A DNA stretch of 64,000 nucleotides, taken from the NCBI GenBank assembly GCA_028695025.1, contig JAQVJV010000001.1:21201-85200 (forward strand). The letters are read 5' to 3'. The position numbers were made by a program, and so were the translations under genes. The notes below the pieces were generated by a model. It saw only the letters and a program-made list of their open reading frames with translations. It did no database searches and had not been told where the DNA came from. This DNA is from Candidatus Moraniibacteriota bacterium (lineage in GTDB: Bacteria > Patescibacteriota > Minisyncoccia > Moranbacterales > UBA11712). This document shows positions 29,872 through 39,221 of this stretch, one piece after another (position 1 is the stretch's first letter; each line of letters opens with the position of its first letter).

Positions 29872-30534
29872 TTAGATTGATTTTTTTATTTCTTCAAATA
29901 TTTTCTCTTTTGCGTTATCCCCGCCTAAAACGATCATATTCCAGCCACTTACTTTCGACTCATATATTTTCTCCTTTGCCGCGAGATACTCTAATCCCTG
30001 GTCCGGTTTTCGCTCGCGAGTCATGATTTTTTCGGGAGAGACTTTCACAAAAAAAGCTTGGTCGGGCTTGGGGATGAATCTTTCAGCAAACAATTCACTT
30101 GGAAACTTAGTTTCCAAGTAGCTTATATTCACCACACTGTCATAGAAATACCGGTCGCTCACGATATAATCGACGTCTTTCTTTTTCATTATGCGCTTAA
30201 ATCGAAAAATATCGATCAATAATGCAATTTTTCTCAATTGGATCTCAATCCAATTGGCTTTTATGACGCTTTTTTCAAAATCCCTCTCCATCTCTCCCTT
30301 TATAAAGGGGAGAGCGGCTGGTTTCCCCCTTTCATAAAGGGAGGCTAAGGGGGATTTTTTTCGCTTATTTAAGATTTTATTCCCAATCGAAAATTCCACT
30401 GCATGGAAATACCAAAAACTCTTCCCTTGCGATTCAAGGTATTTTTTCAGCAACTCAACTTGGGTTGATTTCCCCGAACCGTCGAGACCGGAGATGGTGA
30501 TTAGTTTTGGGTATTGACAAATTATTTTATTCAC
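29872..30534 (-). CDS. Thymidylate-kinase-like P-loop kinase with two in-frame palindrome inserts
   Basis: ITISGLDGSGKSTQ, SDRYFYD, PKPD; canonical REP motif absent. Confidence 0.8.
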   Translation of the reverse strand: MNKIICQYPKLITISGLDGSGKSTQVELLKKYLESQGKSFWYFHAVEFSIGNKILNKRKKSPLASLYERGKPAALPFIKGEMERDFEKSVIKANWIEIQLRKIALLIDIFRFKRIMKKKDVDYIVSDRYFYDSVVNISYLETKFPSELFAERFIPKPDQAFFVKVSPEKIMTRERKPDQGLEYLAAKEKIYESKVSGWNMIVLGGDNAKEKIFEEIKKSI

Positions 30535-30579
30535 AGTATTATTATTTGAAAATCAAATACAAAAACAGGGGGCATCAAC

Positions 30580-30786
30580 ATGAGCAAATATTCCGTGTTT
30601 CCAGTCAAATGTATACGTTCTCCAGGTCATTCCCCTCTAATTCAGAGTGGGAATGAGACGGGGGAAATTATCGCAGTATTATGCCCATTTTCAAATAAGG
30701 TACAAGGGCAATTCTGCGAGAAATTAGCCTCCCGTGATAAAAGCCAAACGAGATGTTTATTTTTAAGAACTGATTGGCACAGCTAA
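30580..30786 (+). CDS. Small 4-Cys orphan protein, antisense to the operon
   Basis: CAGGGGG SD, 68 aa, own hairpin downstream. Confidence 0.5.
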   Translation: MSKYSVFPVKCIRSPGHSPLIQSGNETGEIIAVLCPFSNKVQGQFCEKLASRDKSQTRCLFLRTDWHS

Positions 30787-30797
30787 TTCTCACTCCT

Positions 30798-30833
30798 ACC
30801 GCTGGTGACCTAAACAGGCACCAGCGGTGTTTT
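30798..30833 (+). terminator. Hairpin/terminator
   Basis: ACCGCTGGTG...CACCAGCGGT followed by GTTTT. Confidence 0.65.
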
Positions 30834-30872
30834 ATTTCAAAATACAATATACAAAATACCAGATACTCAATC

Positions 30873-32387
30873 TCAATACATAATCACCGCCACCGGTGTC
30901 ATTTTTGCCACCACATGTCCAATACCATTCGCTTCAACTCCTGCGATGACTTTTTCAATATCCTTATATCTCGCCGAATCCTGATTGACAACAATTCGCG
31001 ACTTTGCGTTATAAAGCCGCACGCCTTTTTCGCTCATCTTGGCAAATAATTCGTCCTTATTTTCAACTGGCTTCTCGTTCGCGTTCACGCCTTTCCCGGT
31101 ACCGTGGGGAGCCGAGAAAAAACCGTCTTCGTTTTTGTCCGTTCCGACGCAAAGATAGGCATCCGTGGACATGGAAGAGGGGATGAACGCCGGTTCACCG
31201 GTTTTTTTGTATACGGAATGATCAGTCATCTTTTCCGGGCCATAAGCCCGCGAGGTATTGCTCCGATGGATCCAAACATCCCGGCCAAAATGATTTTCTC
31301 TCGAAATGGAAATATGCGGCATATCATAGATCAAATCCAATTCCGGATCACGGCCAAAAAGCCTTTTGATCGTCTCCGAGATATTATGCGAAATCACCGC
31401 CCGGTTGGCTGTCCCGAAGTTCGATGCGGCGGCGCGAGCCTGCATATAAAGCTCTCCGTCCGGGCCGTCTCCTTCGTACTTGAGAAGCGATTCGTCGCCC
31501 TCCATATGTTTTTTGATTTTTTCCTGCATTCTTTGATAAACGTCTTTTTTTTGCGAGCTGAATGTCAATTTTCCGAGATTCACCATGAAAGATTGGGATA
31601 AATGCTCGCGCTTTTTGGCTGTGTGGGTATACATCGTATATTGCCCCAAAATTCCGGAACCGGTATGGATCAGGAAAAGATATTGGCCTCTTTTGAGGCC
31701 GAAAATTTCCGCCATTTCCGGATCCACAAGATCCGTAACTTTCACGAGATCGAGAAAATGATTTCCGGCCGCGCCAAGAATCCCCAAACGGAATTTGGCA
31801 AAAAAGAGATAAAGTTTCGGAATGACATCGAAAATATCCTGCCGCGTCATCTCCTGCGGGAAGAAATTACCGCCGTTTTGGGTGTTTTCCAGTTCATGTC
31901 TGGTCTTGATTCCAAGATAGTCGATGATGGCTTGCGTTCCTTTTCGGCAGATATCCACTACAACATTGAAGGGCACTTTTGTCCCGACAAATTTTTTCGT
32001 CGGGACAACTTCCACAAGCTCGTTGAAAAGTTTGTTTATGTCATTCGGTGAAAAATTTTCTTCCGTGAGGTTGGTCTTGAGGAGCCGCATGCCGCAGTTT
32101 GGGTCGGAATCATTGACTTGAGGAAGGATATATTTCTCGGAAACTATCGTTGTCCCGGAAGCGTTTTTTCGGCCCGGTTTTGAAGTGACATCGGGCATCG
32201 CCGCCAAATGGCGAAAGAGCGTGTCGGGATTCGAGGCCACATCTTCGAGTTTGGCATAGGAATCGTCTTTGGGGAGCAGTTCGCCGCTCATGAAAAAAAT
32301 CGCCGGAACTTTCATTTTGTCCGTCTGGAATTTATATTTATGCTCGGATATTGGTTCAATATTGTTCATATTATTTTTATTGATCAC
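30873..32387 (-). CDS. Divergent RtcB-family ligase (start may be ATG 32369)
   Basis: MPD, DPNCGMR, GNHF, IHTGS, YD..H, IHR, P.SM, S.PHG.G and YKDI match RtcB motif order; 504 aa. Confidence 0.88.
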   Translation of the reverse strand: MINKNNMNNIEPISEHKYKFQTDKMKVPAIFFMSGELLPKDDSYAKLEDVASNPDTLFRHLAAMPDVTSKPGRKNASGTTIVSEKYILPQVNDSDPNCGMRLLKTNLTEENFSPNDINKLFNELVEVVPTKKFVGTKVPFNVVVDICRKGTQAIIDYLGIKTRHELENTQNGGNFFPQEMTRQDIFDVIPKLYLFFAKFRLGILGAAGNHFLDLVKVTDLVDPEMAEIFGLKRGQYLFLIHTGSGILGQYTMYTHTAKKREHLSQSFMVNLGKLTFSSQKKDVYQRMQEKIKKHMEGDESLLKYEGDGPDGELYMQARAAASNFGTANRAVISHNISETIKRLFGRDPELDLIYDMPHISISRENHFGRDVWIHRSNTSRAYGPEKMTDHSVYKKTGEPAFIPSSMSTDAYLCVGTDKNEDGFFSAPHGTGKGVNANEKPVENKDELFAKMSEKGVRLYNAKSRIVVNQDSARYKDIEKVIAGVEANGIGHVVAKMTPVAVIMY

Positions 32388-32390
32388 TGA

Positions 32391-33560
32391 TCACTGTTCT
32401 TTGTTCAATGAAGCATAAACGTCCTCATACTCCTTCACCACTTTCATTATATCAAAATTTTCCCGAACAAACTGCATGCCTTTTTGACCAAGCTCGCGCC
32501 GCGCTTCAGGGTTGTTGCAAAGGTATAGTATTTTTTCCTTGAGCGCTTCACGGTCGCCGGGTTCAATCAGGATGCTGTTTTCGTCGTTGAGAAAATACTG
32601 CAATCTCTCCAAATTGCTCGCGATCACCGGTTTTTCGCAAGCCATTGCCTCAATGACGGCAAGCGGGATATCGAATTTTCCAGCCATCGTCCGTGCCGGA
32701 AAAATGGAAATGTCGGCGAGATTATATATGTCCTGCATTTCGTAGCTCCCATCATCCATGAACGCCACCCGGTCAAGACATCCGGCGTTTTCCAGTCTTT
32801 GAGCCGCTTCTCGCTTCTTTTCAGCGTCTTTTTGATTCTTTACCCGAACAGCAAGATGAAGTTTGAGATTTTTATTAGCAGAAACAAGATCAACAAACGT
32901 CTCCACCACGTCATCCATATCCCCAAGCCGCACATATTCACCCGTATAGTTGATCACAAAATCATTTTCAGTGGTGTTATATTTTTTCATCAATTCCGCA
33001 TTTTTTGGAGCAGGGGAGTATTTTTCAATATCAATCCCGGGATAAATTCTTTTTATATTCTCGAAACCCATTTTTTCCAGTTTTTCTTTCGCGTAATCGG
33101 AATAGGTAACAATATGATCCGCATGGATTATTTCTTTTATTTTTTCGCTTGCATACAAATCATCCCGCAACGTTGCCAGCGTTTGGATCGTTTTGATGTT
33201 TTTATTTCGCAAACATAGCTTCAAGGCAAAAACATTCAATTTTGTCGGGGTGAAAAATGAATGCAAGATATCATAATCTTTTCCGCCTTTCAAAAAAAAT
33301 TCTTTCAGGAGAAAAATATAAGCCCGAATTTTTTGCGGCCAATTCCATTTCGGAGAAGTATATATGTCATGACAAATAACATTACTTTGGGGACTTAGTC
33401 CCCAATTGGGGGCTAAGTCCCCTTTTTCCACACACGTCAACAGATGAATCTCAAAACCGCCCGCGTGTTTGGCAAGAGTATAAGCGAAATTTTTCGATCC
33501 TTCGTCCCAAGGCGGACAAATCGGGCGGGTGAGTAATAGTATCTTCTTTTTATCGGTCAT
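32391..33560 (-). CDS. GT4 glycosyltransferase
   Basis: PPWDEG; PGID; PLAVIEAMACEKPVIAS. Confidence 0.88.
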   Translation of the reverse strand: MTDKKKILLLTRPICPPWDEGSKNFAYTLAKHAGGFEIHLLTCVEKGDLAPNWGLSPQSNVICHDIYTSPKWNWPQKIRAYIFLLKEFFLKGGKDYDILHSFFTPTKLNVFALKLCLRNKNIKTIQTLATLRDDLYASEKIKEIIHADHIVTYSDYAKEKLEKMGFENIKRIYPGIDIEKYSPAPKNAELMKKYNTTENDFVINYTGEYVRLGDMDDVVETFVDLVSANKNLKLHLAVRVKNQKDAEKKREAAQRLENAGCLDRVAFMDDGSYEMQDIYNLADISIFPARTMAGKFDIPLAVIEAMACEKPVIASNLERLQYFLNDENSILIEPGDREALKEKILYLCNNPEARRELGQKGMQFVRENFDIMKVVKEYEDVYASLNKEQ

Positions 33561-33572
33561 TGGTTGGGATTT

Positions 33573-33941
33573 TTATTTCAAATCCTTATATATCTTGTAA
33601 TTTTCATCATTATATTTCACCTCAATCATCACCCGCGTTCCTGAAATTTTCTCGCCCGGAAGAACCGGCGAGATTTTTTGTCGGGCTCCGGCCTTCACGT
33701 CAATTTCCCCTTCGGCCAATTTCTCGTCATTGGAAAAAATCCGGTAGCCGTATTTCGCGTCAATTCCTTCATGGTTTTCAATGGCAAAATCAAGGGAATC
33801 ATCTCGCGGATTTTCAAAATAGGCCGCGCTCCAGATTTTTTTGTAGTCGTAGTCGTGGTTCTTCGCCTCAATCACAAAAAGTGTCGAAAAGCTGACTATA
33901 AGCAAAATTGTAGTGGAAATAATGATGATTTTTGATGACAT
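33573..33941 (-). CDS. Membrane-anchored small protein resembling the DUF1616 C-terminal domain
   Basis: N-terminal TM; F.IENHEG....Y motif. Confidence 0.5.
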   Translation of the reverse strand: MSSKIIIISTTILLIVSFSTLFVIEAKNHDYDYKKIWSAAYFENPRDDSLDFAIENHEGIDAKYGYRIFSNDEKLAEGEIDVKAGARQKISPVLPGEKISGTRVMIEVKYNDENYKIYKDLK

Positions 33942-33950
33942 GGATTGTTT

Positions 33951-35810
33951 TTAATCTCTTTTAAAAATCGCGATATAGTCCGACGCGTATACCTGCGAAA
34001 AATCCGGATATTTCTGGAAACTGGTTCCCTCGGACTGCGCGTTGACGACGACATAATTCACTCCCGTCTCGGAAAAACAAGCCTTCGCCGCTTCAGTTTC
34101 CGGAGTGGAAATCATATCCCTTGTGCAAGTCTCGCGGGGCTTGGTCGGATCGATATAGCGCGACAAGTTTCCGCGCGAGAGGGGATACTTATAATCTTTC
34201 ATGAAAAAAAGCTTGTACCACGAATCGGCATAGATATTCACGTGATCTTTGAGAATGACATCCTGGTTGGGATCGGTCGTCGCGGCAAGATACTCGCCCG
34301 AATGAAAAGTTTCCATCGCTTGCTGGAACATATTTTTCGACTTGAAAACATCAGCGCTGTCAGAAAGCCCGTTCGTGATCACAAAAAAGAGAATCGTGAA
34401 AAGAAAAACCGTTGCGAAAAACCGGGAGGCGCTCGCGCGGAAAGATTCGAAATATTTCACCATTCCGAAAGAAGCAAGGAACACAAGAGGAAGATATAGA
34501 TAATTTCCCACCCGGTCGCTGGGAATATTCACAAAAAGCCATCCCGGCTTCCAAGCCATGAGGAAAACGATCGCGAGCCACCCCAAAGCCACGGAATATT
34601 TGATTTTTTTAGGATTGATTTCAAAAAGGATCAGTAAGAAACCAAGAACACCCAGAATGAGAAGGGCGCTCCCGACACTGCCGTCGATTTGAGAAAGGGC
34701 CAGGCCGACGCGCGTGGCTTTGCTCGGTTCGCCCGTCGCTTGCCCAACTGCCGCGGTGTTGAAATATGACGGAGTGAAGATTAAGAAAAAATAGGCTGCA
34801 AAAAGAAGAATTATTGCAATCGGAAAGGGATTGAAATAAATCCTTATCCATTCGACAATAGTTTGGAAAATATTTTTGAAATTGAGAGCGAGGTGAAGAA
34901 TCGTAATTGCTGCTACTGAAAAAATCAAAACGAAAGTGCTCAAATGATGGGTATATAGCAATCCTCCGAAAGAAAAAAGAAACAGACCGGCAAAAAGGCT
35001 GTTTTTTTCTGAAAATGCACGGTAGAAAAAATAGATCGACACCGGAATCAGCATGTCTCCGATCACATTTCCAATCACGCCGCCGCTCACGTAGCGCCCC
35101 TGCGGCGGATTGATGGCATAAAGCGCGCCCGCCACGAAAAAGGAAACCGCGGCCATGTTCGGATTGCGGAAAATCCGTCCGACCAGGATCGCCATCGTGA
35201 AAATCCCGAATATGTTGAAAAAAAGAAGGAGGATGGCCGGCATCGACGTCATCACGCCCACGCCGCTCACCAGGTTGGCCGCCGCGAAAATCATATGCTC
35301 TCCGATGATGAAATCCGGCATGCCGTAATCAGGCAAATGTCCGGTGTTGATGATGGTTTGCACCCAATACATATGATGGCCGAGATCGGTCGCCGAAGGA
35401 ATGATCGTGTCGGAGAGATAAGCCACCCGGATGAAAACGGCGAGGAACAGGGAAAGCAGGATAAAAACTGTTTGCCAAGCGGAGAAATCAAAGATTTTTT
35501 CCGGGTCGCCCTTATCTTTTTCCGTTTTTTTCTTTTTCTCGAAACGCCAATGGAAAACCGCGAAACAAACGGCAGAGAAAAGGAGCACCGAAAAAATCAG
35601 GATCGGGCCTTTGATCAAAATATTCATCCGGTTCAAAAGAAGCACGATCAGATCCACAATAATCAAACTGAACGGCACGCTCAAAACCGCCCTCTCCAAA
35701 AAAGCCATTTTTTTGTTTTTCCAGCCAAAAATCGCCGCCTGGAAAAACATCCCGGGAAGAACCAGGAGAAAAGGAATGTTGAGAATGAGTTTTAGGAGTG
35801 AAATATACAT
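33951..35810 (-). CDS. Multi-pass GT-C-like membrane protein with a DUF1616-like N-terminus
   Basis: LLVLPG...ERAVLS; D..HH after the first TMs; YTHHLS; C-terminal soluble domain. Confidence 0.6.
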   Translation of the reverse strand: MYISLLKLILNIPFLLVLPGMFFQAAIFGWKNKKMAFLERAVLSVPFSLIIVDLIVLLLNRMNILIKGPILIFSVLLFSAVCFAVFHWRFEKKKKTEKDKGDPEKIFDFSAWQTVFILLSLFLAVFIRVAYLSDTIIPSATDLGHHMYWVQTIINTGHLPDYGMPDFIIGEHMIFAAANLVSGVGVMTSMPAILLLFFNIFGIFTMAILVGRIFRNPNMAAVSFFVAGALYAINPPQGRYVSGGVIGNVIGDMLIPVSIYFFYRAFSEKNSLFAGLFLFSFGGLLYTHHLSTFVLIFSVAAITILHLALNFKNIFQTIVEWIRIYFNPFPIAIILLFAAYFFLIFTPSYFNTAAVGQATGEPSKATRVGLALSQIDGSVGSALLILGVLGFLLILFEINPKKIKYSVALGWLAIVFLMAWKPGWLFVNIPSDRVGNYLYLPLVFLASFGMVKYFESFRASASRFFATVFLFTILFFVITNGLSDSADVFKSKNMFQQAMETFHSGEYLAATTDPNQDVILKDHVNIYADSWYKLFFMKDYKYPLSRGNLSRYIDPTKPRETCTRDMISTPETEAAKACFSETGVNYVVVNAQSEGTSFQKYPDFSQVYASDYIAIFKRD

Positions 35811-35825
35811 AGATTAATTTCAAAA

Positions 35826-36932
35826 CTACGCTATCTGCATGGCTTCCAAATATTCTTTCGCGATTTTTTCCCAGCTGAAATGTTCAATTGTGTACTCGGC
35901 CGCTTTTTGGCCAAATTCTTTTCGAAATTCATCTTCGGAAAGCAACTTTTTGATTTTTTCTGTCCAAACTTCAGCGTTTCCGGGTTCCGCCAAAAATCCG
36001 TTTTGGCCGTCCATGATCGCGTCTTTGAGGCCTTCCAAATCAGACGCGACCATCACCCGGCCGCAAACCGCCGCTTCGATGGCGTTGATCCCAAAACCCT
36101 CCATTGACCCCGGAATTTTGACATTGGGGGAAATCATGAGATCAGCCGCGCCAAGCAAAACTCTTTTTTCGTCTTCCGGAATGAAGGGAATTAGCCAAAC
36201 CCGGTTTTTCAGATTTTTTTCTGAAACTATTTTTTCGCAAACCGAAAAGTCGTCTTTGTCTCCCGCCGTGTTTTTCCCAACTCGCGCTCCGGCTGCCACT
36301 ATTATAACATCTTCGCCGAGTTGCGGCATTACATTTTCCAAAAACCAGCTCGTTCCTTTGTGGGGGACAAACCGGGCCAAACGGAAAATGATTTTTTTGT
36401 TCGAAACATCAGTCTTGAGAACTTTCGAAATTTCTTCGCGGGCGTGCGTTTCGCAAAATTCTTCCGGGTTTATGCCATTGGGGATGAATTTGCACAAATC
36501 CCGACCAATCCCGATTTTGACAGCTTCTTCAATCGTTGCGTTTCCCACCATGATGAGCCGGTCCATTTTTTTGAGCGACGGGATATTAACCGCTTTGTAT
36601 ACGGACGGCAAAAATCCTTTTTTTCGCGCGAACGTGATATCAAGGCCGTGGACCACGCAGAAAAATTTCTTTTTCGGATGGAAAATTTTCGCAACCGCCC
36701 CCAGCGGAGCCAAAACCCCGTTTCCCAAGAGACAAGCGTCGAATTTCCGCATCAAAAAAAGCATCTTGAGGAATGTGACCGGCAAGAATATAGGCAGAAA
36801 TTTTTTGCCTTTTCCGTTGGCAATGACTTTCACTTCCGCGATATTTTTCAAGCTTTCGGACAGGTTGTAGTTCTGGCTTTCCACTCCGCCCCAAATCGGC
36901 GGATAAGAATGGGATACGAAAAGAATTTTCAC
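35826..36932 (-). CDS. GT4 glycosyltransferase
   Basis: YPP.WGGVE; HGLD; HKG; EGFGINAIEAA. Confidence 0.92.
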   Translation of the reverse strand: MKILFVSHSYPPIWGGVESQNYNLSESLKNIAEVKVIANGKGKKFLPIFLPVTFLKMLFLMRKFDACLLGNGVLAPLGAVAKIFHPKKKFFCVVHGLDITFARKKGFLPSVYKAVNIPSLKKMDRLIMVGNATIEEAVKIGIGRDLCKFIPNGINPEEFCETHAREEISKVLKTDVSNKKIIFRLARFVPHKGTSWFLENVMPQLGEDVIIVAAGARVGKNTAGDKDDFSVCEKIVSEKNLKNRVWLIPFIPEDEKRVLLGAADLMISPNVKIPGSMEGFGINAIEAAVCGRVMVASDLEGLKDAIMDGQNGFLAEPGNAEVWTEKIKKLLSEDEFRKEFGQKAAEYTIEHFSWEKIAKEYLEAMQIA

Positions 36933-37891
36933 GATTGTGTTTTTTTATCGTATTTTTCTTTTTTCAGAAAATACATCTGCTCTTCAGTGAGTTTGCGGTT
37001 GGAGCGGATCATGTCGGCAATGAGCGCGAAAATGAGCAGTTGGATGCCGATGAGAAGTAAGATTCCCGCAAAAGAAAGCCAAGTCCGGAAAGGGGAGACC
37101 TTGAAATGGGAAAAATAATATCCGAGAAAAGCGATTCCGATCGCGCCCGAAGCGGTGATGAGTACCAGCCCCGGAATTCCGAAAAAAACCATAGGCCGGG
37201 CATCGCGCACCGTGCGGATGATGATGATGAATGACTGATAGACAAACTTGGAAATACTTTTCACAACCCTTGATTGGCGGTCTTCGAAATAAGTCACCTC
37301 CACCGGAATCCATTTGACCGTCAGATTTTTGGAGATGGCATCGATGATAGTTTCTTGGGTATAGGTGAAGCGGTAGGCCAGATTGAGCCGGAGCATCGTT
37401 TCGCGCGACAAAGCCCGAAACCCGCAAGTGAGATCGTCGATCGGATAGCGCAAAAATTTTCCGATCACTCTGGCTGCCAGACGATTGAGAAAACTTTTGA
37501 TCCAGGGCATATTTTTGGCTGATTTCACGCCAAAACGGGAAGCCACCGCCATATCCGCCTTTCCGGAAACGATCTGCTCCGTGAACTTGGGGATGTCCGA
37601 CGCCGGAAATTGGCCGTCAGCATCGATATTCACCATGATGTCGGCTCCGTTTTCGAGCGCCGAGTTGATAGCCGTCCGGAAAGCCGCTCCGATGCCCATG
37701 TTTCGCGGATGGCTCACGATGATGTCGGCTCCGGCTTCGCGGGAAACTTCCGCTGTCCGGTCGGTCGAGCCGTCGTTGATTACCTGCACCTTCACTTCGT
37801 CGATCCCCTTGATATCGCGCGGAATTTTTTTGATGACGTTTCCAATGGCTTTTTCTTCATTCAAAGCCGGAATATTGACGATTAGACGCAT
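36929..37891 (-). CDS. GT2 polyprenol-phosphate glycosyltransferase (DPM-synthase-like) with 2 C-terminal TMs
   Basis: IPALNEE, INDGSTD.T, IDADGQF, ASRF, DLTCGFRA. Confidence 0.9.
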   Translation of the reverse strand: MRLIVNIPALNEEKAIGNVIKKIPRDIKGIDEVKVQVINDGSTDRTAEVSREAGADIIVSHPRNMGIGAAFRTAINSALENGADIMVNIDADGQFPASDIPKFTEQIVSGKADMAVASRFGVKSAKNMPWIKSFLNRLAARVIGKFLRYPIDDLTCGFRALSRETMLRLNLAYRFTYTQETIIDAISKNLTVKWIPVEVTYFEDRQSRVVKSISKFVYQSFIIIIRTVRDARPMVFFGIPGLVLITASGAIGIAFLGYYFSHFKVSPFRTWLSFAGILLLIGIQLLIFALIADMIRSNRKLTEEQMYFLKKEKYDKKTQS

Positions 37892-38012
37892 AATAAAAAA
37901 ATCAAAATTTAAAAATAAAAATGCAAAATTACAATATAAAATGCAGAATTATCCGGTTATTTTCCTGGCATAAGCATAGCATATCATTTGGGATAAATCC
38001 AGTTTTTTCGAA

Positions 38013-38041
38013 TTGCCATTTTATCCCATCCGTTGTAGTAT
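38013..38041 (+). promoter_or_regulatory. Sigma70 promoter, leaderless geometry
   Basis: TTGCCA-17-TAGTAT, ATG 6 nt later. Confidence 0.6.
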
Positions 38042-38047
38042 AAAGAC

Positions 38048-39205
38048 ATGAAAATAGGCATAAACGCGTCATTCTTGCAAAAACCGGATACGGGAATAGG
38101 CCAGGTAACGATCAATTTTATCAATGAATTGATAAAATTGCCCGAGTTCAAAATTCAAAATTCAAAATTCAAAATTAAGGAAGTTGATTTTTTCTTGTAT
38201 TTAGAGGCCGATATAAATTTCAAACTTCCCAAGAACTTTCACAAGCGCGTTTTTTTGCCGCCCTGGAAAAGGGATGATCTCATTCGAAAAATCTGGTGGG
38301 AAAAGTGCCAGCTTCCGAAAATGGCCGCAAAAGACGGGTGCGAGACTTTCATTTCGCCCTATCAATGTCCTACGATTTTGCCGGCCGGCATGACGCACAA
38401 GATGCTCGTGCACGACATGATTCCGGAAATTTTCCCGGAATATCTCGACAACTGGCGAAAAAAAATATACTACTCGCTCACCAAAAGGGCCGTACAAAAA
38501 GCCGACACGATCCTCACGGTGTCTGAATGGTCAAAAAAGGACGTCCACAAATATCTGAAAATTCCGGAGAAAAAAATCCGCGTGGCTTATCCAAGCGTCG
38601 GCGCCGAGTTTTTCGAAAAAGGAGACCTCGAAAAAGACAACAAGATTTTGGACAAATACGGCGTTTTTGGCCGTTATATTTTTTATATCGGCGGTTTTGA
38701 TGTCCGGAAAAATATTCCACAGCTCATCGAGGCCTACGCCGAAATGCGGAAACGATATGATATCAATGACGTGAATCTGGTTCTTGCCGGCGAGGACAAG
38801 TCGAGATACAGCCGTCTCTTCACCGATCTCAACGCTGAAATCGAAAAACACGGCCTTGGCGGAAAAGTGAAGATCGCCGGGTTCGTGAAGCAAAAAGACT
38901 TGCCGGCGCTATACCGCAATGCGGAATTCTATATCCTGCCGTCGCTCTACGAAGGTTTCGGGCTTATGGCGCTTGAAGCGTTTGCCTCCGGCACTCCGGC
39001 GCTTCTTGCCAAAAATTCCTCGCTTTTGGAGGTTGGGGGAGGCGCCGCGCTTTTTTTCAACCCGCATGACAGCGAAGAAATGTCCCGCGTCATGGGAAAA
39101 GTTTTGCGAAACGGGAAGCTCCGCCACCACCTCGCAGAAAAAGGCAAATCCCGCGCGAAAAAATTCAGCTGGAAAAATTTTGTGGAGAAAATTTTGGAAG
39201 AATAA
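38048..39205 (+). CDS. GT4 glycosyltransferase
   Basis: MKIGINA..TGIG; VHDMIP; RKN; EGFGLMALEAFA. Confidence 0.92.
   Translation: MKIGINASFLQKPDTGIGQVTINFINELIKLPEFKIQNSKFKIKEVDFFLYLEADINFKLPKNFHKRVFLPPWKRDDLIRKIWWEKCQLPKMAAKDGCETFISPYQCPTILPAGMTHKMLVHDMIPEIFPEYLDNWRKKIYYSLTKRAVQKADTILTVSEWSKKDVHKYLKIPEKKIRVAYPSVGAEFFEKGDLEKDNKILDKYGVFGRYIFYIGGFDVRKNIPQLIEAYAEMRKRYDINDVNLVLAGEDKSRYSRLFTDLNAEIEKHGLGGKVKIAGFVKQKDLPALYRNAEFYILPSLYEGFGLMALEAFASGTPALLAKNSSLLEVGGGAALFFNPHDSEEMSRVMGKVLRNGKLRHHLAEKGKSRAKKFSWKNFVEKILEE
38147..38174. repeat. (TTCAAAA)x4 heptamer tract inside the GT4 gene
   Basis: Perfect tandem repeat encoding FKIQNSKFK. Confidence 0.85.
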
Positions 39206-39221
39206 TTTATTAAAAAATTAT

